Assembly: GCA_012719545.1 (NCBI GenBank)
Contig: JAAYAD010000030.1
Location: forward strand, 7,541 to 71,540
Direction: 5' to 3'
Source: Clostridiaceae bacterium
GTDB taxonomy: Bacteria; Bacillota; Clostridia; DSM-8532
Length of the DNA: 64,000 nt
Numbering within the stretch: the first letter of the stretch is position 1; each line of letters opens with the position of its first letter. Below the pieces are notes generated by a model. The model was not told where the DNA came from and did no database searches. It saw only the letters and a list, made by a program, of their open reading frames with translations. Shown here one piece after another: positions 8,907 to 17,554 of this stretch. The translations under genes were made by a program, and so were the position numbers.

Positions 8907-10130
8907 TCATTTTAAAGGATTTTTTCCTTCAAGGTTATATACGAATGCAAGAATCTCTGCTACCGCCTTATAAAGCTCAGGTGGTATTGACTGGCCTACA
9001 TCAACGGTATTGTAAAGGGTTTGGGCAAGGGGTTTGTTTTCCATAATATGCACCTTATTCTCCTTAGCCACTTCCTTGATGCGCTTTGCCATGTAGTCCG
9101 CACCCTTCGCCAGAACATAAGGAGCAGGCATTTTCTCAGGCTCATATTTTATTGCTACCGCATAATGGGTGGGGTTTGTAATTACAACATCGGCTTTGGG
9201 AACCTCGCTTAACATGCGCCGCATGGAGATTTCTCTCTGCTTTTGTTTGATTTTTGATTTTATTTCGGGATTTCCTTCCAGCATCTTATATTCTTCTTTA
9301 ATTTCCTGCTTGGTCATACGAATATCCTTTTCATACCTGCGCCACTGGAAGAAGTAATCAACTGCCGATACTGCCAACAGTGCAAAGCCTATTTTTATGG
9401 CAATATCCAAAGAAGTATTGATTATATAGAGGGCCAGAGGTCCTATTTCCAGGTCCATAAGCTTCATCATGTCGTTAAATTCTCCCCTTATGGAGGACCA
9501 TGCAACCCATGTGACGATAATAACCTTAACTGTAGACTTTAGAAATTCAAAAATAGACCGGGAAGAAAAAATTCTTTTTAGCCCATTGATGGGATTTAAA
9601 TTTGAAAATTTAGGCTTTAAGGGTTCGGTAGTAAAAAGAAAACCAATCTGGACATAGCTTCCCAGCGCCCCCACCAAAACCGCAACTAAAAAGAAGGGAG
9701 CCGAGATTTTAATAATTTCCCAAACCAGAAAGGCAACAAGGCTCATTGTCTCTGGTACTTCCTCTAGGTTATAGGCGGAAGTTTCGCTTAAAAACATTCT
9801 AAAAAGAGAGCTAAACTCCCTGTATATAAAATTTCCGAAAATTCTTGCTGAGACAAAGATAATCAGTAAAAGCAGGTTTGCCGGAAGCTCGCGGCTTTGC
9901 ATTACCTGTCCTTTTTTTCTAAGGTCCTGTCGTTTTTTGGGAGTAGCCTTTTCGGTTTTATCAGAGGTATCAGCAAAGAGCTGAAGATTTATGGATTTTA
10001 AGCCCCTATTTTTAGCTCCAGTCTGGCAAAAACTTTTACTCCATAAGAAAAAAGGAGCAAAAATTTCTCCCAATAAAAACTTAATTCCATATTTATCTTT
10101 TAAGTGAAGGAACACTGCGGTTCTCTTCAT
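8907..10130 (-). CDS. flhB: Flagellar export switch protein FlhB, with a ~48-aa N-terminal extension
   Basis: LQLFADTSDKTEKATPKKRQDLRKKGQV N-terminal motif, 4 TM segments and the NPTH autocleavage site (ITNPTHYAVA). ATG 10130 is preceded by AAAGGAG at a 9-nt spacing. Confidence 0.9.
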   Translation of the reverse strand: MKRTAVFLHLKDKYGIKFLLGEIFAPFFLWSKSFCQTGAKNRGLKSINLQLFADTSDKTEKATPKKRQDLRKKGQVMQSRELPANLLLLIIFVSARIFGNFIYREFSSLFRMFLSETSAYNLEEVPETMSLVAFLVWEIIKISAPFFLVAVLVGALGSYVQIGFLFTTEPLKPKFSNLNPINGLKRIFSSRSIFEFLKSTVKVIIVTWVAWSSIRGEFNDMMKLMDLEIGPLALYIINTSLDIAIKIGFALLAVSAVDYFFQWRRYEKDIRMTKQEIKEEYKMLEGNPEIKSKIKQKQREISMRRMLSEVPKADVVITNPTHYAVAIKYEPEKMPAPYVLAKGADYMAKRIKEVAKENKVHIMENKPLAQTLYNTVDVGQSIPPELYKAVAEILAFVYNLEGKNPLK

Positions 10131-10173
10131 AGCTTCCTACTCCTTTAGTTGCTTTGGCAAGATGTTAAAATTG

Positions 10174-10965
10174 TTACTGGCTTCTTGCCAGTTCAAGGAA
10201 CTTGTAGATTTCTTCATAGGTTCCCTGAATTATGACATTTACAATTCCTTTGAAAGCAGTCAGTGTTACAAGGATTATTCCTAGTCCGAGCATTATTTTC
10301 ACTGGCATTCCAAGCATGAAAACGTTAAGCTGGGGCATACTTTTTGAAATAATACCCAAAGCCAGGTCAGTAATTAAAATTGTGGCTGTTATGGGAGCGG
10401 CTATTTTAAACCCCAGTATGAATACATCAGTAAAAAGCTCCACAACCTGCTTTAGCAAAGTCCCGCTGAATGTGGCCTCAGCAATTGGCAGTACCGTATA
10501 GCTTTCCGCGATGGCATTTATAAGAAGATGGTGTGAATCTGTAATAAGCATATAGAGTGTTGCCAGCACAACATAAAAATCGGCTGAAATAGGTATCTGG
10601 ACATTTGATACAGGATCCAGCACAGACACCATACCAAATCCGATACGCAAATCAATCAGCTGTCCGGCAATATGAATGGCTGAGAAAATCATATATGAGA
10701 TAAAACCCAGCATTAAACCAATTAAAAGTTCTTTTCCAATAAGCACCACGAAGGATGTTAAAGATTTGTATCCGGAAAGATCGGGAACCGTTGCCGAATT
10801 GGCTACGGCTACTGCAAGAAAAAAGGAAAAACCCACTTTAAAATAGTTGGGAAGATTACGTCTTCCAAATATGGGAGACAGGTAAAACATACCTGTTATT
10901 CTCACCAACACAAGCAAAAAAATATTCCATATATCTATAAGGAAATCAAAGGGTATGCTTGCCAT
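10174..10965 (-). CDS. fliR: Flagellar export apparatus protein FliR
   Basis: 263-aa polytopic membrane protein between fliQ and flhB, with FliR-like hydrophobic pattern and synteny. Confidence 0.9.
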   Translation of the reverse strand: MASIPFDFLIDIWNIFLLVLVRITGMFYLSPIFGRRNLPNYFKVGFSFFLAVAVANSATVPDLSGYKSLTSFVVLIGKELLIGLMLGFISYMIFSAIHIAGQLIDLRIGFGMVSVLDPVSNVQIPISADFYVVLATLYMLITDSHHLLINAIAESYTVLPIAEATFSGTLLKQVVELFTDVFILGFKIAAPITATILITDLALGIISKSMPQLNVFMLGMPVKIMLGLGIILVTLTAFKGIVNVIIQGTYEEIYKFLELARSQ

Positions 10966-10984
10966 CAGCCGTCCTCTCTAACAC

Positions 10985-11254
10985 TTAAAGTCCTATGAAC
11001 CGAAGCATATTTTCATACATTCTTAAAGTAAGCTCCTTCATGACAGTAAGCATCCAGGAGCCTAACAATATCAGTGACACAAGCATGGCAATGATTTTGG
11101 GAACAAAATGCAGGGACTGTTCCTGAATTTGTGTGGTGGCCTGAAAAATGCTGACAATAAGCCCTACAATCAAACCAATAAGCATTACGGGTGCGGCAAC
11201 CTTTAAGGTAGCAACTATGGCATCTCTCGCAGCATCCAGCAAAAACTGTTCCAA
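10985..11254 (-). CDS. fliQ: Flagellar export apparatus protein FliQ
   Basis: 89-aa two-TM protein (AAPVMLIGLIVGLIVSIFQATTQIQEQSL...), typical of FliQ. Confidence 0.92.
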   Translation of the reverse strand: MEQFLLDAARDAIVATLKVAAPVMLIGLIVGLIVSIFQATTQIQEQSLHFVPKIIAMLVSLILLGSWMLTVMKELTLRMYENMLRFIGL

Positions 11255-11296
11255 AATCTAAACCTCGCTTTCAGGGAAAAATGCATGTTATATACG

Positions 11297-12097
11297 CTAT
11301 CGTGCAAATGACTTAATAATGGTCTCGGTAAGCAGGTTCCACCCGTCAACGAGAAGAAACAGCAATATCTTAAAAGGCATTGAAATCATAACCGGGGGCA
11401 GCATCATCATTCCCATAGCCATAAGGGTACTTGCCACCACCATATCAATGGCCAAAAAAGGTATATACAGCATAAAGCCCATACGGAAAGCCGTATTGAG
11501 CTCACTTATCATAAATGCAGGAACAACAACAGTCAGGGGAAGATCAGTTAATTCACCGGTAGGTTCTGTGTTTGAAATACTCATAAACAGAGCAAGATCC
11601 TTATCCCTAGTATAATCCAGCATGTATTCCTTTATTCTGTCCCCTGCTCTGTCCATAGCTTCTTCAAGGGTAATCTTGTTCTCAGTAAAAGGCTGAAGTG
11701 CATTTTGGTTGATATCTGTCAATACAGGCGACATTATGAAAAAAGTGAGAAACAGCGCAAGACCTATGACAACCTGATTTGGAGGAACCTGCTGGGTTCC
11801 CATGGAATTTCTTAAGAAAGACAGCACTATGATGATTCTTATGAAAGAAGTCATCATAATCAGAATTGACGGAAGCAGTGTCAGTATGGTAAGCAAAAGC
11901 AAAAGCAAAAGCTTAATGCTGGTGCTTATTTCTTCCGGATTATCTGTTGCATTGATTGTAATTCCGCTGTCAGAAATTGAAATGCTCGGTTCAGCAAAAG
12001 CTGCCGAGCTTGTAGCCGCAAAGCACAGAATCAGGATAATAAACCAAGCAATTATTTTTTTCTTCTGCATTGCATCACCATCTGCTAACCTGTTCAT
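11297..12097 (-). CDS. fliP: Flagellar export apparatus protein FliP
   Basis: Signal peptide plus the conserved FliP core (MTSFIRIIIVLSFLRNSMGTQQVPPNQV...). The start is uncertain: 12097 or the MQKKK ATG 27 nt downstream. Confidence 0.92.
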   Translation of the reverse strand: MNRLADGDAMQKKKIIAWFIILILCFAATSSAAFAEPSISISDSGITINATDNPEEISTSIKLLLLLLLTILTLLPSILIMMTSFIRIIIVLSFLRNSMGTQQVPPNQVVIGLALFLTFFIMSPVLTDINQNALQPFTENKITLEEAMDRAGDRIKEYMLDYTRDKDLALFMSISNTEPTGELTDLPLTVVVPAFMISELNTAFRMGFMLYIPFLAIDMVVASTLMAMGMMMLPPVMISMPFKILLFLLVDGWNLLTETIIKSFAR

Positions 12098-12525
12098 TCC
12101 TTATTGCCATTTATCTTCTGCAGCCTCTTGATACTGCTTATGATGCCCGATGTTTTAGAGCCGTCTTCCATTTGTTCGCTGCCTGTATCTGAAGATTTCC
12201 GGCTAAGTCCGGAATAATTTTCAAAAATATTTTTAAAACTGAAGGAATTTATGGTTTTTTCACTATCTTCAACGTATTCCGGCTCTTCTTCCAGTTCAAC
12301 TTCCGTAACAAGCTCCAATCCCTTTTTGCCGGAATAGAACAAATAATACTTTTTGCCTGCATGGATAAGGTATAGGTACCTGTCGACACCCAGAGGCAAA
12401 GTCTCAATTATTCTTAAATTTCTGTTTCTTGTCCCTGCCAGCTTCTTTCCAAAAAACCTTGTAGAAAAATAGGCCAAGGCCAGAACTAATATAAAAGCCA
12501 GCAATATGACAACTACATCTTCCAT
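12094..12525 (-). CDS. fliO: Flagellar biosynthesis protein FliO (FliZ of Bacillus)
   Basis: Single N-terminal TM followed by the RNLRIIETLPLG...YLYLI pattern. Position between cheY and fliP matches B. subtilis. Confidence 0.7.
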   Translation of the reverse strand: MEDVVVILLAFILVLALAYFSTRFFGKKLAGTRNRNLRIIETLPLGVDRYLYLIHAGKKYYLFYSGKKGLELVTEVELEEEPEYVEDSEKTINSFSFKNIFENYSGLSRKSSDTGSEQMEDGSKTSGIISSIKRLQKINGNKE

Positions 12526-12553
12526 GAAAGATTCCTTCCTAAAAGGACAGGAT

Positions 12554-12913
12554 TCAGCCTACAACCTTCCTGACAGCCTCGATAACGCGTTCTGCCTGGA
12601 AGGGCTTAACTATAAAATCTCTTGCTCCGGCCTGAATGGACTCAATTACCATTGCCTGCTGTCCCATAGCCGAGCACATTATTATTTTTGCACCAGAATT
12701 TATAGATTTAATCTGTTTTACTGCCTGAATTCCATCCATTTCGGGCATGGTTATATCCATAATAACCAAATCCGGATTAAGCTCCTTGTATTTTTCTACA
12801 GCTTTTAATCCGTTTTCAGCTTCACCAACTACTGTAAATCCATTTTTTGAAAGGATGTCTTTGATCATCATTCGCATAAAAGCCGCATCGTCAACGATGA
12901 GTATATTAGCCAT
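12554..12913 (-). CDS. cheY: Chemotaxis response regulator CheY
   Basis: 119-aa stand-alone receiver domain (ILIVDDAAFMR...DITMPEMDG...KPF). Position between fliY and fliO. Confidence 0.9.
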   Translation of the reverse strand: MANILIVDDAAFMRMMIKDILSKNGFTVVGEAENGLKAVEKYKELNPDLVIMDITMPEMDGIQAVKQIKSINSGAKIIMCSAMGQQAMVIESIQAGARDFIVKPFQAERVIEAVRKVVG

Positions 12914-12950
12914 AGGTCAAATCCTCTCCCTGTAAAATTTCCTAATGCTG

Positions 12951-12972
12951 TGAGCCCTGGCAAAAGGGCTCA
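12951..12972 (-). other. 8-bp perfect stem-loop in the fliY-cheY intergenic region
   Basis: TGAGCCCT-ggcaaa-AGGGCTCA. No T-run follows on either strand, so this is not a canonical terminator. Confidence 0.5.
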
Positions 12973-13069
12973 TAAATATGTTTAGCTTACACAATAAAAT
13001 ATACCAACTATATATTCTTTCTACCATTATAGTAGAAAATCTGACAAAATAAAAGCCTTTTTGAATTCA

Positions 13070-14296
13070 TTAAATTCTCTTTGACGGGTGAATTATATCG
13101 GTTATTCTTACGCCAAAGCTTTCGTCAATTACCACAACTTCACCCTTAGCTATAGTTTTTCCGTTGACAAGTATATCTACGGGCTCTCCCGCAAGCTTGT
13201 CAAGTTCTATTATTGAGCCCTGGCCGAATTCCAGAATCTCCCTAATCTTCTTATTTGTTCGTCCCAGCTCAACAGTTATCTGAAGCGGAACATCCATCAA
13301 CAGATTTATATTGTTCCGGTCTATACTACTTAATACATCATCAAAGGGCTGGAACTGAACCGGCTGTACATTGACAGGGTTCTGACTGAATTGTGCCTGC
13401 CTAGGCTCCTGCTGATAACCGTACATATTCGGATACCCTCCCATTTCGGGATTATTCTGCATTGGTGAATGCATATTCTGCATGGGCTGATGGTGCTGTG
13501 GCTGCGGCTGCGGCGGGACAGTGTACTGGGTCTGGTGCAGGTTAACACCAGCGTTGTAGTTCTCCTGCGGCTGGGTAGCAGAAGGTTCACTGACGGTGCT
13601 GCTGGATGACATGTTTTTGTTCAGAAGATTTGCAACCAACTCCTTTGAAAAGTTTAATGGCATAATCTGCATGATTTCACTGTCAATCAGATCGCCAACC
13701 TTCAGTGAGAACTGAACAACTACTACCTTGGAGCTCTGATCCAGCCTGATACTATCCATGCCCGAACCAATATCAATAAGCGATGATTCAGGAGGTGAAA
13801 TATCCACCCTTTTATCAAACATGGATGACAGGGATGTAGCGGCGGAACCTACCATCTGGTTCATGGCCTCGCTGATAGCGCTTAAATGCAGCTCGCTGAG
13901 TTCAGCCTGAATGCTGGAGAAGCCATCTCCGCCCATCATTAAATCTGTAATTATTTTAACATCTTCTTCCTTAATTATTAACAGGTTGCATCCCTTAAGA
14001 CCCTCAGTGTACTGAATTTTTACCGCAACATAGGGGGTTACAAACATTTTTGCGAGTTCATCCCATGTTGTCTCCTGCACCCTGGGGGTAGTTATATATA
14101 CTTTCTGTCCAAGCAATGCGTAAAGGGTGGTAGCGGAGGTACCCATGCTGATATTGCCGATTTCCCCCAACGCATCTTTTTCCTGTTCATTCAAACTTTC
14201 AGTTGTATCGTAACTGGCATTGCTGCTATCATTTACTTCTTCGGCAGAACCTCTAAGAAGGGCATCTATTTCAGCCTGAGAAAGCAAGTCTCCCAT
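13070..14296 (-). CDS. fliY: Flagellar motor switch phosphatase FliY (CheC-like domains plus a FliN/SpoA C-terminal domain)
   Basis: N-terminal LSQAEIDALL, CheC-type repeats (EIGNISMGTSATTL, AISEAMNQMVGSAATSL) and a C-terminal FliN domain (LMDVPLQITVELGRT...GEPVDILVNG). Contains a Q/P/N-rich linker of about 90 aa. Confidence 0.88.
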   Translation of the reverse strand: MGDLLSQAEIDALLRGSAEEVNDSSNASYDTTESLNEQEKDALGEIGNISMGTSATTLYALLGQKVYITTPRVQETTWDELAKMFVTPYVAVKIQYTEGLKGCNLLIIKEEDVKIITDLMMGGDGFSSIQAELSELHLSAISEAMNQMVGSAATSLSSMFDKRVDISPPESSLIDIGSGMDSIRLDQSSKVVVVQFSLKVGDLIDSEIMQIMPLNFSKELVANLLNKNMSSSSTVSEPSATQPQENYNAGVNLHQTQYTVPPQPQPQHHQPMQNMHSPMQNNPEMGGYPNMYGYQQEPRQAQFSQNPVNVQPVQFQPFDDVLSSIDRNNINLLMDVPLQITVELGRTNKKIREILEFGQGSIIELDKLAGEPVDILVNGKTIAKGEVVVIDESFGVRITDIIHPSKRI

Positions 14297-15282
14297 TACT
14301 CTTCCTCCTCCTTTATAACGTCTGTAATCTTAACTGCTAATCTTTTATTGCGAGCACCTGGTTTGCCATAGAACTTAAGTATCTCGCCTACATATATCTC
14401 AACTTTGTCCTCAACACTTGTGTTCAAGGTAAGAACGTCACCCTGCTGAAGCATGAGAAAGTCCTGCACAGATATGGAGGTCTTTCCCAATATGGCCTTT
14501 ACAGGTACTTTTGTTTCCTCTATTTTAAGCGAAATTGCTTGTTTGCTTTCCTGAGTGGATTCCCTCTCTATCAGAGAGAACCAAAGCCTGGTTGAAAGCT
14601 TTGCCATTATTGGTTCAACTGTCATGTGAGGAATGCAAAGATTAAGGAGACCTTCCATCTCACCAATCTTAGCAGTAAAAGTAATCAGTGCAACCATTTC
14701 ATTTGGAGACATAAGCTGCGCAAACTGCGGGTTTGTCTCAATTCTGTCCAATACGGGGCGTATTGCGGTAACATTTTCCCATGGCTCCCGCATAAGACCG
14801 AGCATTTGAGAGATAAGCCTCATCAGAATAGCTATTTCTATTTCGGTGAAGCCTCTTACTCTTTCCACGCCCATTCCCCGTCCGCCTAAAATTCTGTCAA
14901 TGAGCGAATAGGCTATGGAGGGGTTAATTTCCATTATTATGGATCCTGGCAGCGGATTGAAATCTACAATTCCAAGTACAGCCGGGTTGGCAATTGAATT
15001 GGTAAATTCAGAATATTGCATTGCCTGCACAGTCAGGACGTCAACCTGAACCAGAGTCCGCAAATATCCCGATAAAAAGTTGGTTAAAAGCCTTGCATAA
15101 TTCTCATTAATAATCTGAAGAGTCCTTATATGGTCTTTTGCAAATTTGCTGGGCCTTCTGAAATCATGAACGCGGACCTTTTTTTCGTTAGATTCCTTGG
15201 CGAATTCCCTAACGTCAAGCTCACCGGCACTAAGCTGCTGCAACAGGTTATCTATTTCATTCTGGGATAGTATGTCGCCCAA
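14296..15282 (-). CDS. fliM: Flagellar motor switch protein FliM
   Basis: N-terminal CheY-P binding motif LSQNEIDNLL, a FliM middle domain and a C-terminal SpoA-like domain. Confidence 0.92.
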   Translation of the reverse strand: MGDILSQNEIDNLLQQLSAGELDVREFAKESNEKKVRVHDFRRPSKFAKDHIRTLQIINENYARLLTNFLSGYLRTLVQVDVLTVQAMQYSEFTNSIANPAVLGIVDFNPLPGSIIMEINPSIAYSLIDRILGGRGMGVERVRGFTEIEIAILMRLISQMLGLMREPWENVTAIRPVLDRIETNPQFAQLMSPNEMVALITFTAKIGEMEGLLNLCIPHMTVEPIMAKLSTRLWFSLIERESTQESKQAISLKIEETKVPVKAILGKTSISVQDFLMLQQGDVLTLNTSVEDKVEIYVGEILKFYGKPGARNKRLAVKITDVIKEEEE

Positions 15283-15298
15283 TGTACTTCCTCCCCGG

Positions 15299-15820
15299 TT
15301 ACTGAATTATCCACCTGTCAAAAATAACCTTAACGATAATCTTCTTATCAGTGCCGTTTCCGACAATCTTATTGTATATGTCTTTAAGTTCTTCACGAGC
15401 TTTCTTCATACCTTCTTCAGCCTGAAGCTCTTCGTAGGTCTTGCTCCTGAAATACTCAATTGTTGCCTGCTTAAGTTCGCTTAAATAGGTATTTTCAACA
15501 AGTGCTTTTCTCTCTTCAAGCAGTGAACTCTTGTTCCCTGCATCATAAAAAATAGATACAGAAGCCATAATAAAGCTGTTTGGATGCTTCTCTGTGCTCT
15601 TTATATTAAACACAGCCTCTTTGGAGTTATCAGATCCATAAAGCTTAAACTCAACCTGTTCCTCAATAGGAATAATTCTTTCATCCACACCGCTCGGCTT
15701 TTCGGCTGACCCCGGATTTATTGTAAGCAAAATAACAATAAGTACGGCAAGCGCCAGCGAAAGAACGGCTATTATTGACAGCAAAATTGTATATAATGAC
15801 TTTCCCTGCAAGAGTGACAC
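15299..15820 (-). CDS. fliL: Flagellar basal-body-associated protein FliL
   Basis: Single N-terminal TM plus a FliL-like periplasmic domain, located upstream of fliM. Confidence 0.85.
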   Translation of the reverse strand: MSLLQGKSLYTILLSIIAVLSLALAVLIVILLTINPGSAEKPSGVDERIIPIEEQVEFKLYGSDNSKEAVFNIKSTEKHPNSFIMASVSIFYDAGNKSSLLEERKALVENTYLSELKQATIEYFRSKTYEELQAEEGMKKAREELKDIYNKIVGNGTDKKIIVKVIFDRWIIQ

Positions 15821-15841
15821 TCCTTTAGAATGTATTCTACA

Positions 15842-16066
15842 TCATTTATCGACATTTTCAGAGTTTGTATTAATTGTTCTGTTGAGAATGAAGGTTTTCT
15901 GCTTATATTTTATTACCCTGTCCACAATCTCCTCAACCGTTTCCGTAACTACATATTTTTTTCCGTTAGTCAGAGTGATAACTGTATCAGGGGTAGACTC
16001 GACAGTTTCAATCCAGTCAGCGTTGATTACAAGTTGGGTATTATTTATTCGGGTTACTGTAATCAT
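15842..16066 (-). CDS. flbD: Flagellar protein FlbD
   Basis: 74 aa. MITVTRINNTQLVINADWIETVESTPDTVITLTNGKKYVVTETVEEIV is a typical FlbD family sequence. Lies between flgE and fliL. Confidence 0.85.
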   Translation of the reverse strand: MITVTRINNTQLVINADWIETVESTPDTVITLTNGKKYVVTETVEEIVDRVIKYKQKTFILNRTINTNSENVDK

Positions 16067-16135
16067 GACAGATTCTCCCTTCTATTGCTTCCAGGTGCCA
16101 TGCACCAGAAATACGCAAAAACAGTTTAAAATTGC

Positions 16136-16158
16136 AGGGGTAGGACTTTCCTACCCCT
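16136..16158 (-). other. Strong GC-rich stem-loop 3' of flgE (partial terminator or mRNA stabiliser candidate)
   Basis: AGGGGTAGGA-aag-TCCTACCCCT on the minus strand, 22 nt after the flgE stop. Only a weak U-tract follows (gcaatttta). Confidence 0.5.
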
Positions 16159-16180
16159 ATTTAGTTATGTTATTTCTTAA

Positions 16181-17554
16181 TTATCTCTTAATATTGGCAA
16201 GCTCCTGGAGAATCTCATCGGAGGTTGTCATAACACGGCTGTTAGCCTGGAAACCTCTCTGGGTTATTATCATTTCTGTAAACTGCTTTGCAAGGTCAAC
16301 ATTGGACATTTCAAGAGTACCGGGAACCAAAGTTCCGGCTCCGTCCCTGCCTGGAATCTTGCCTGCGCTGAATGTACCGGAGTTGGTTGTCTCCATAAAC
16401 TGGTTAGCACCAACCTTTACAAGACCTGCAGGGTTTTCAAAGGTTGCAAGAGCAATTATTCCCAGAGGCTGCTGGCGGCCGTTGTCATACACGCCGGTAA
16501 TGACGCCGTCAGAACCAATGCTGAAAGTAACAAGGGTACCGGGTGCATAACCGTCAACACGGATAGCCTTAACCGATGAGTCATCCGCATACATTGAGAG
16601 CTGTTCAAAATTAAGATTTACTTCAAAAGCCTTTGCTCCAATATCATTGTTGGGAGTAAATGTAACGGGCACATTGACAGGGAAATTTGTGTTATCGGTC
16701 TTTATTTTACCTGTCGAATCAAACAGCAAATAGCCGCTTGCACTTCCGGTGCTGGATTTAGCCCCGCCATCAATTTCATAGTACCAAGATGTCTGTGGAT
16801 CGTCACCGTTTAAGACATGGTATTTCCACATTTTAATATTTACTTTGTATTCATTGCCTAAATCATCATATACAGTAAAAGGAACTATGAAATGTGGATC
16901 TATATCGGATGTATCCGGTGGTGTATTAGGTTTAAGGTTGTCTGCTGTGGTACTGCTTCCTCCTATAGCTACCGCTGTAGCATCAAGGTTACCTGCAAAT
17001 ACGGCTTCGGTGGTAACTTTTGCAGCGATAATTCTTTTATTTGAATTGTATATATCGGTGTAAAGGTTTATGGGCATCAAAGGTTCCTGAGTATCGAATT
17101 CATAGCCATTGTCGCCGTATGTATACTTCATCCATCCGTACACATTCTGTCCTGAGGGAGTAACAAGGTTGCCCAACTTATCAATTGTGAAGTTTCCTGC
17201 TCTGGTAAAGCAGAATGCTCCTTCTGTTCCGCCTCTTACAACGAAGAAGCCTTCGCCTTCAATTGAAAGGTCGGTTGGGCTTTCGGTTCTTTGAACGCTT
17301 CCGCGGCCCATCATTAAGTCAATGGCATTCACGTTCATACCAAGGCCAACCTGCATTGGGTTGGTACCTCCGCGTCCGGATCCCGGATCGGGCGCGCCTG
17401 CCGCAGAAAGGGTCAGTGCGAATATTTCCTGAAAAGTTGTACGGCTTGATTTAAAGCCAACTGTATTAATATTTGCAATATTGTTAGCAATAACGTCCAT
17501 GCTTGTCTGATGGGCCCTCAGGCCTGAAACACTTGAAAACATTGACATCATCAT
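16181..17554 (-). CDS. flgE: Flagellar hook protein FlgE
   Basis: N-terminal rod/hook motif (GLRAHQTSMDVIANNIANINTVGFK) and C-terminal motif (LEMSNVDLAKQFTEMIITQRGFQANSRV). Confidence 0.9.
   Translation of the reverse strand: MMMSMFSSVSGLRAHQTSMDVIANNIANINTVGFKSSRTTFQEIFALTLSAAGAPDPGSGRGGTNPMQVGLGMNVNAIDLMMGRGSVQRTESPTDLSIEGEGFFVVRGGTEGAFCFTRAGNFTIDKLGNLVTPSGQNVYGWMKYTYGDNGYEFDTQEPLMPINLYTDIYNSNKRIIAAKVTTEAVFAGNLDATAVAIGGSSTTADNLKPNTPPDTSDIDPHFIVPFTVYDDLGNEYKVNIKMWKYHVLNGDDPQTSWYYEIDGGAKSSTGSASGYLLFDSTGKIKTDNTNFPVNVPVTFTPNNDIGAKAFEVNLNFEQLSMYADDSSVKAIRVDGYAPGTLVTFSIGSDGVITGVYDNGRQQPLGIIALATFENPAGLVKVGANQFMETTNSGTFSAGKIPGRDGAGTLVPGTLEMSNVDLAKQFTEMIITQRGFQANSRVMTTSDEILQELANIKR

Noticed and set aside
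10131-10173. FliR-FlhB fusion protein, as seen in some Clostridia
   Set aside because: fliR ends with a stop codon at 10174, and 43 nt including a good SD (AAAGGAG) separate it from the flhB ATG. The two genes are distinct here.
13330-13590. 86-codon ORF on the same strand as fliY in another frame
   Set aside because: It lies entirely inside fliY and coincides with the repetitive Q/P-rich linker-coding region, which keeps alternative frames open. There is no independent start signal.
15882-16550. 222-codon plus-strand ORF antisense to flbD and flgE, plus many similar plus-strand ORFs (for example 48926-49537, 6029-6538, 42655-43116)
   Set aside because: These are shadow ORFs opposite well-supported minus-strand genes. 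They lack SD sequences, and their translated products are Ser/Leu/Ile-rich with no recognisable family.
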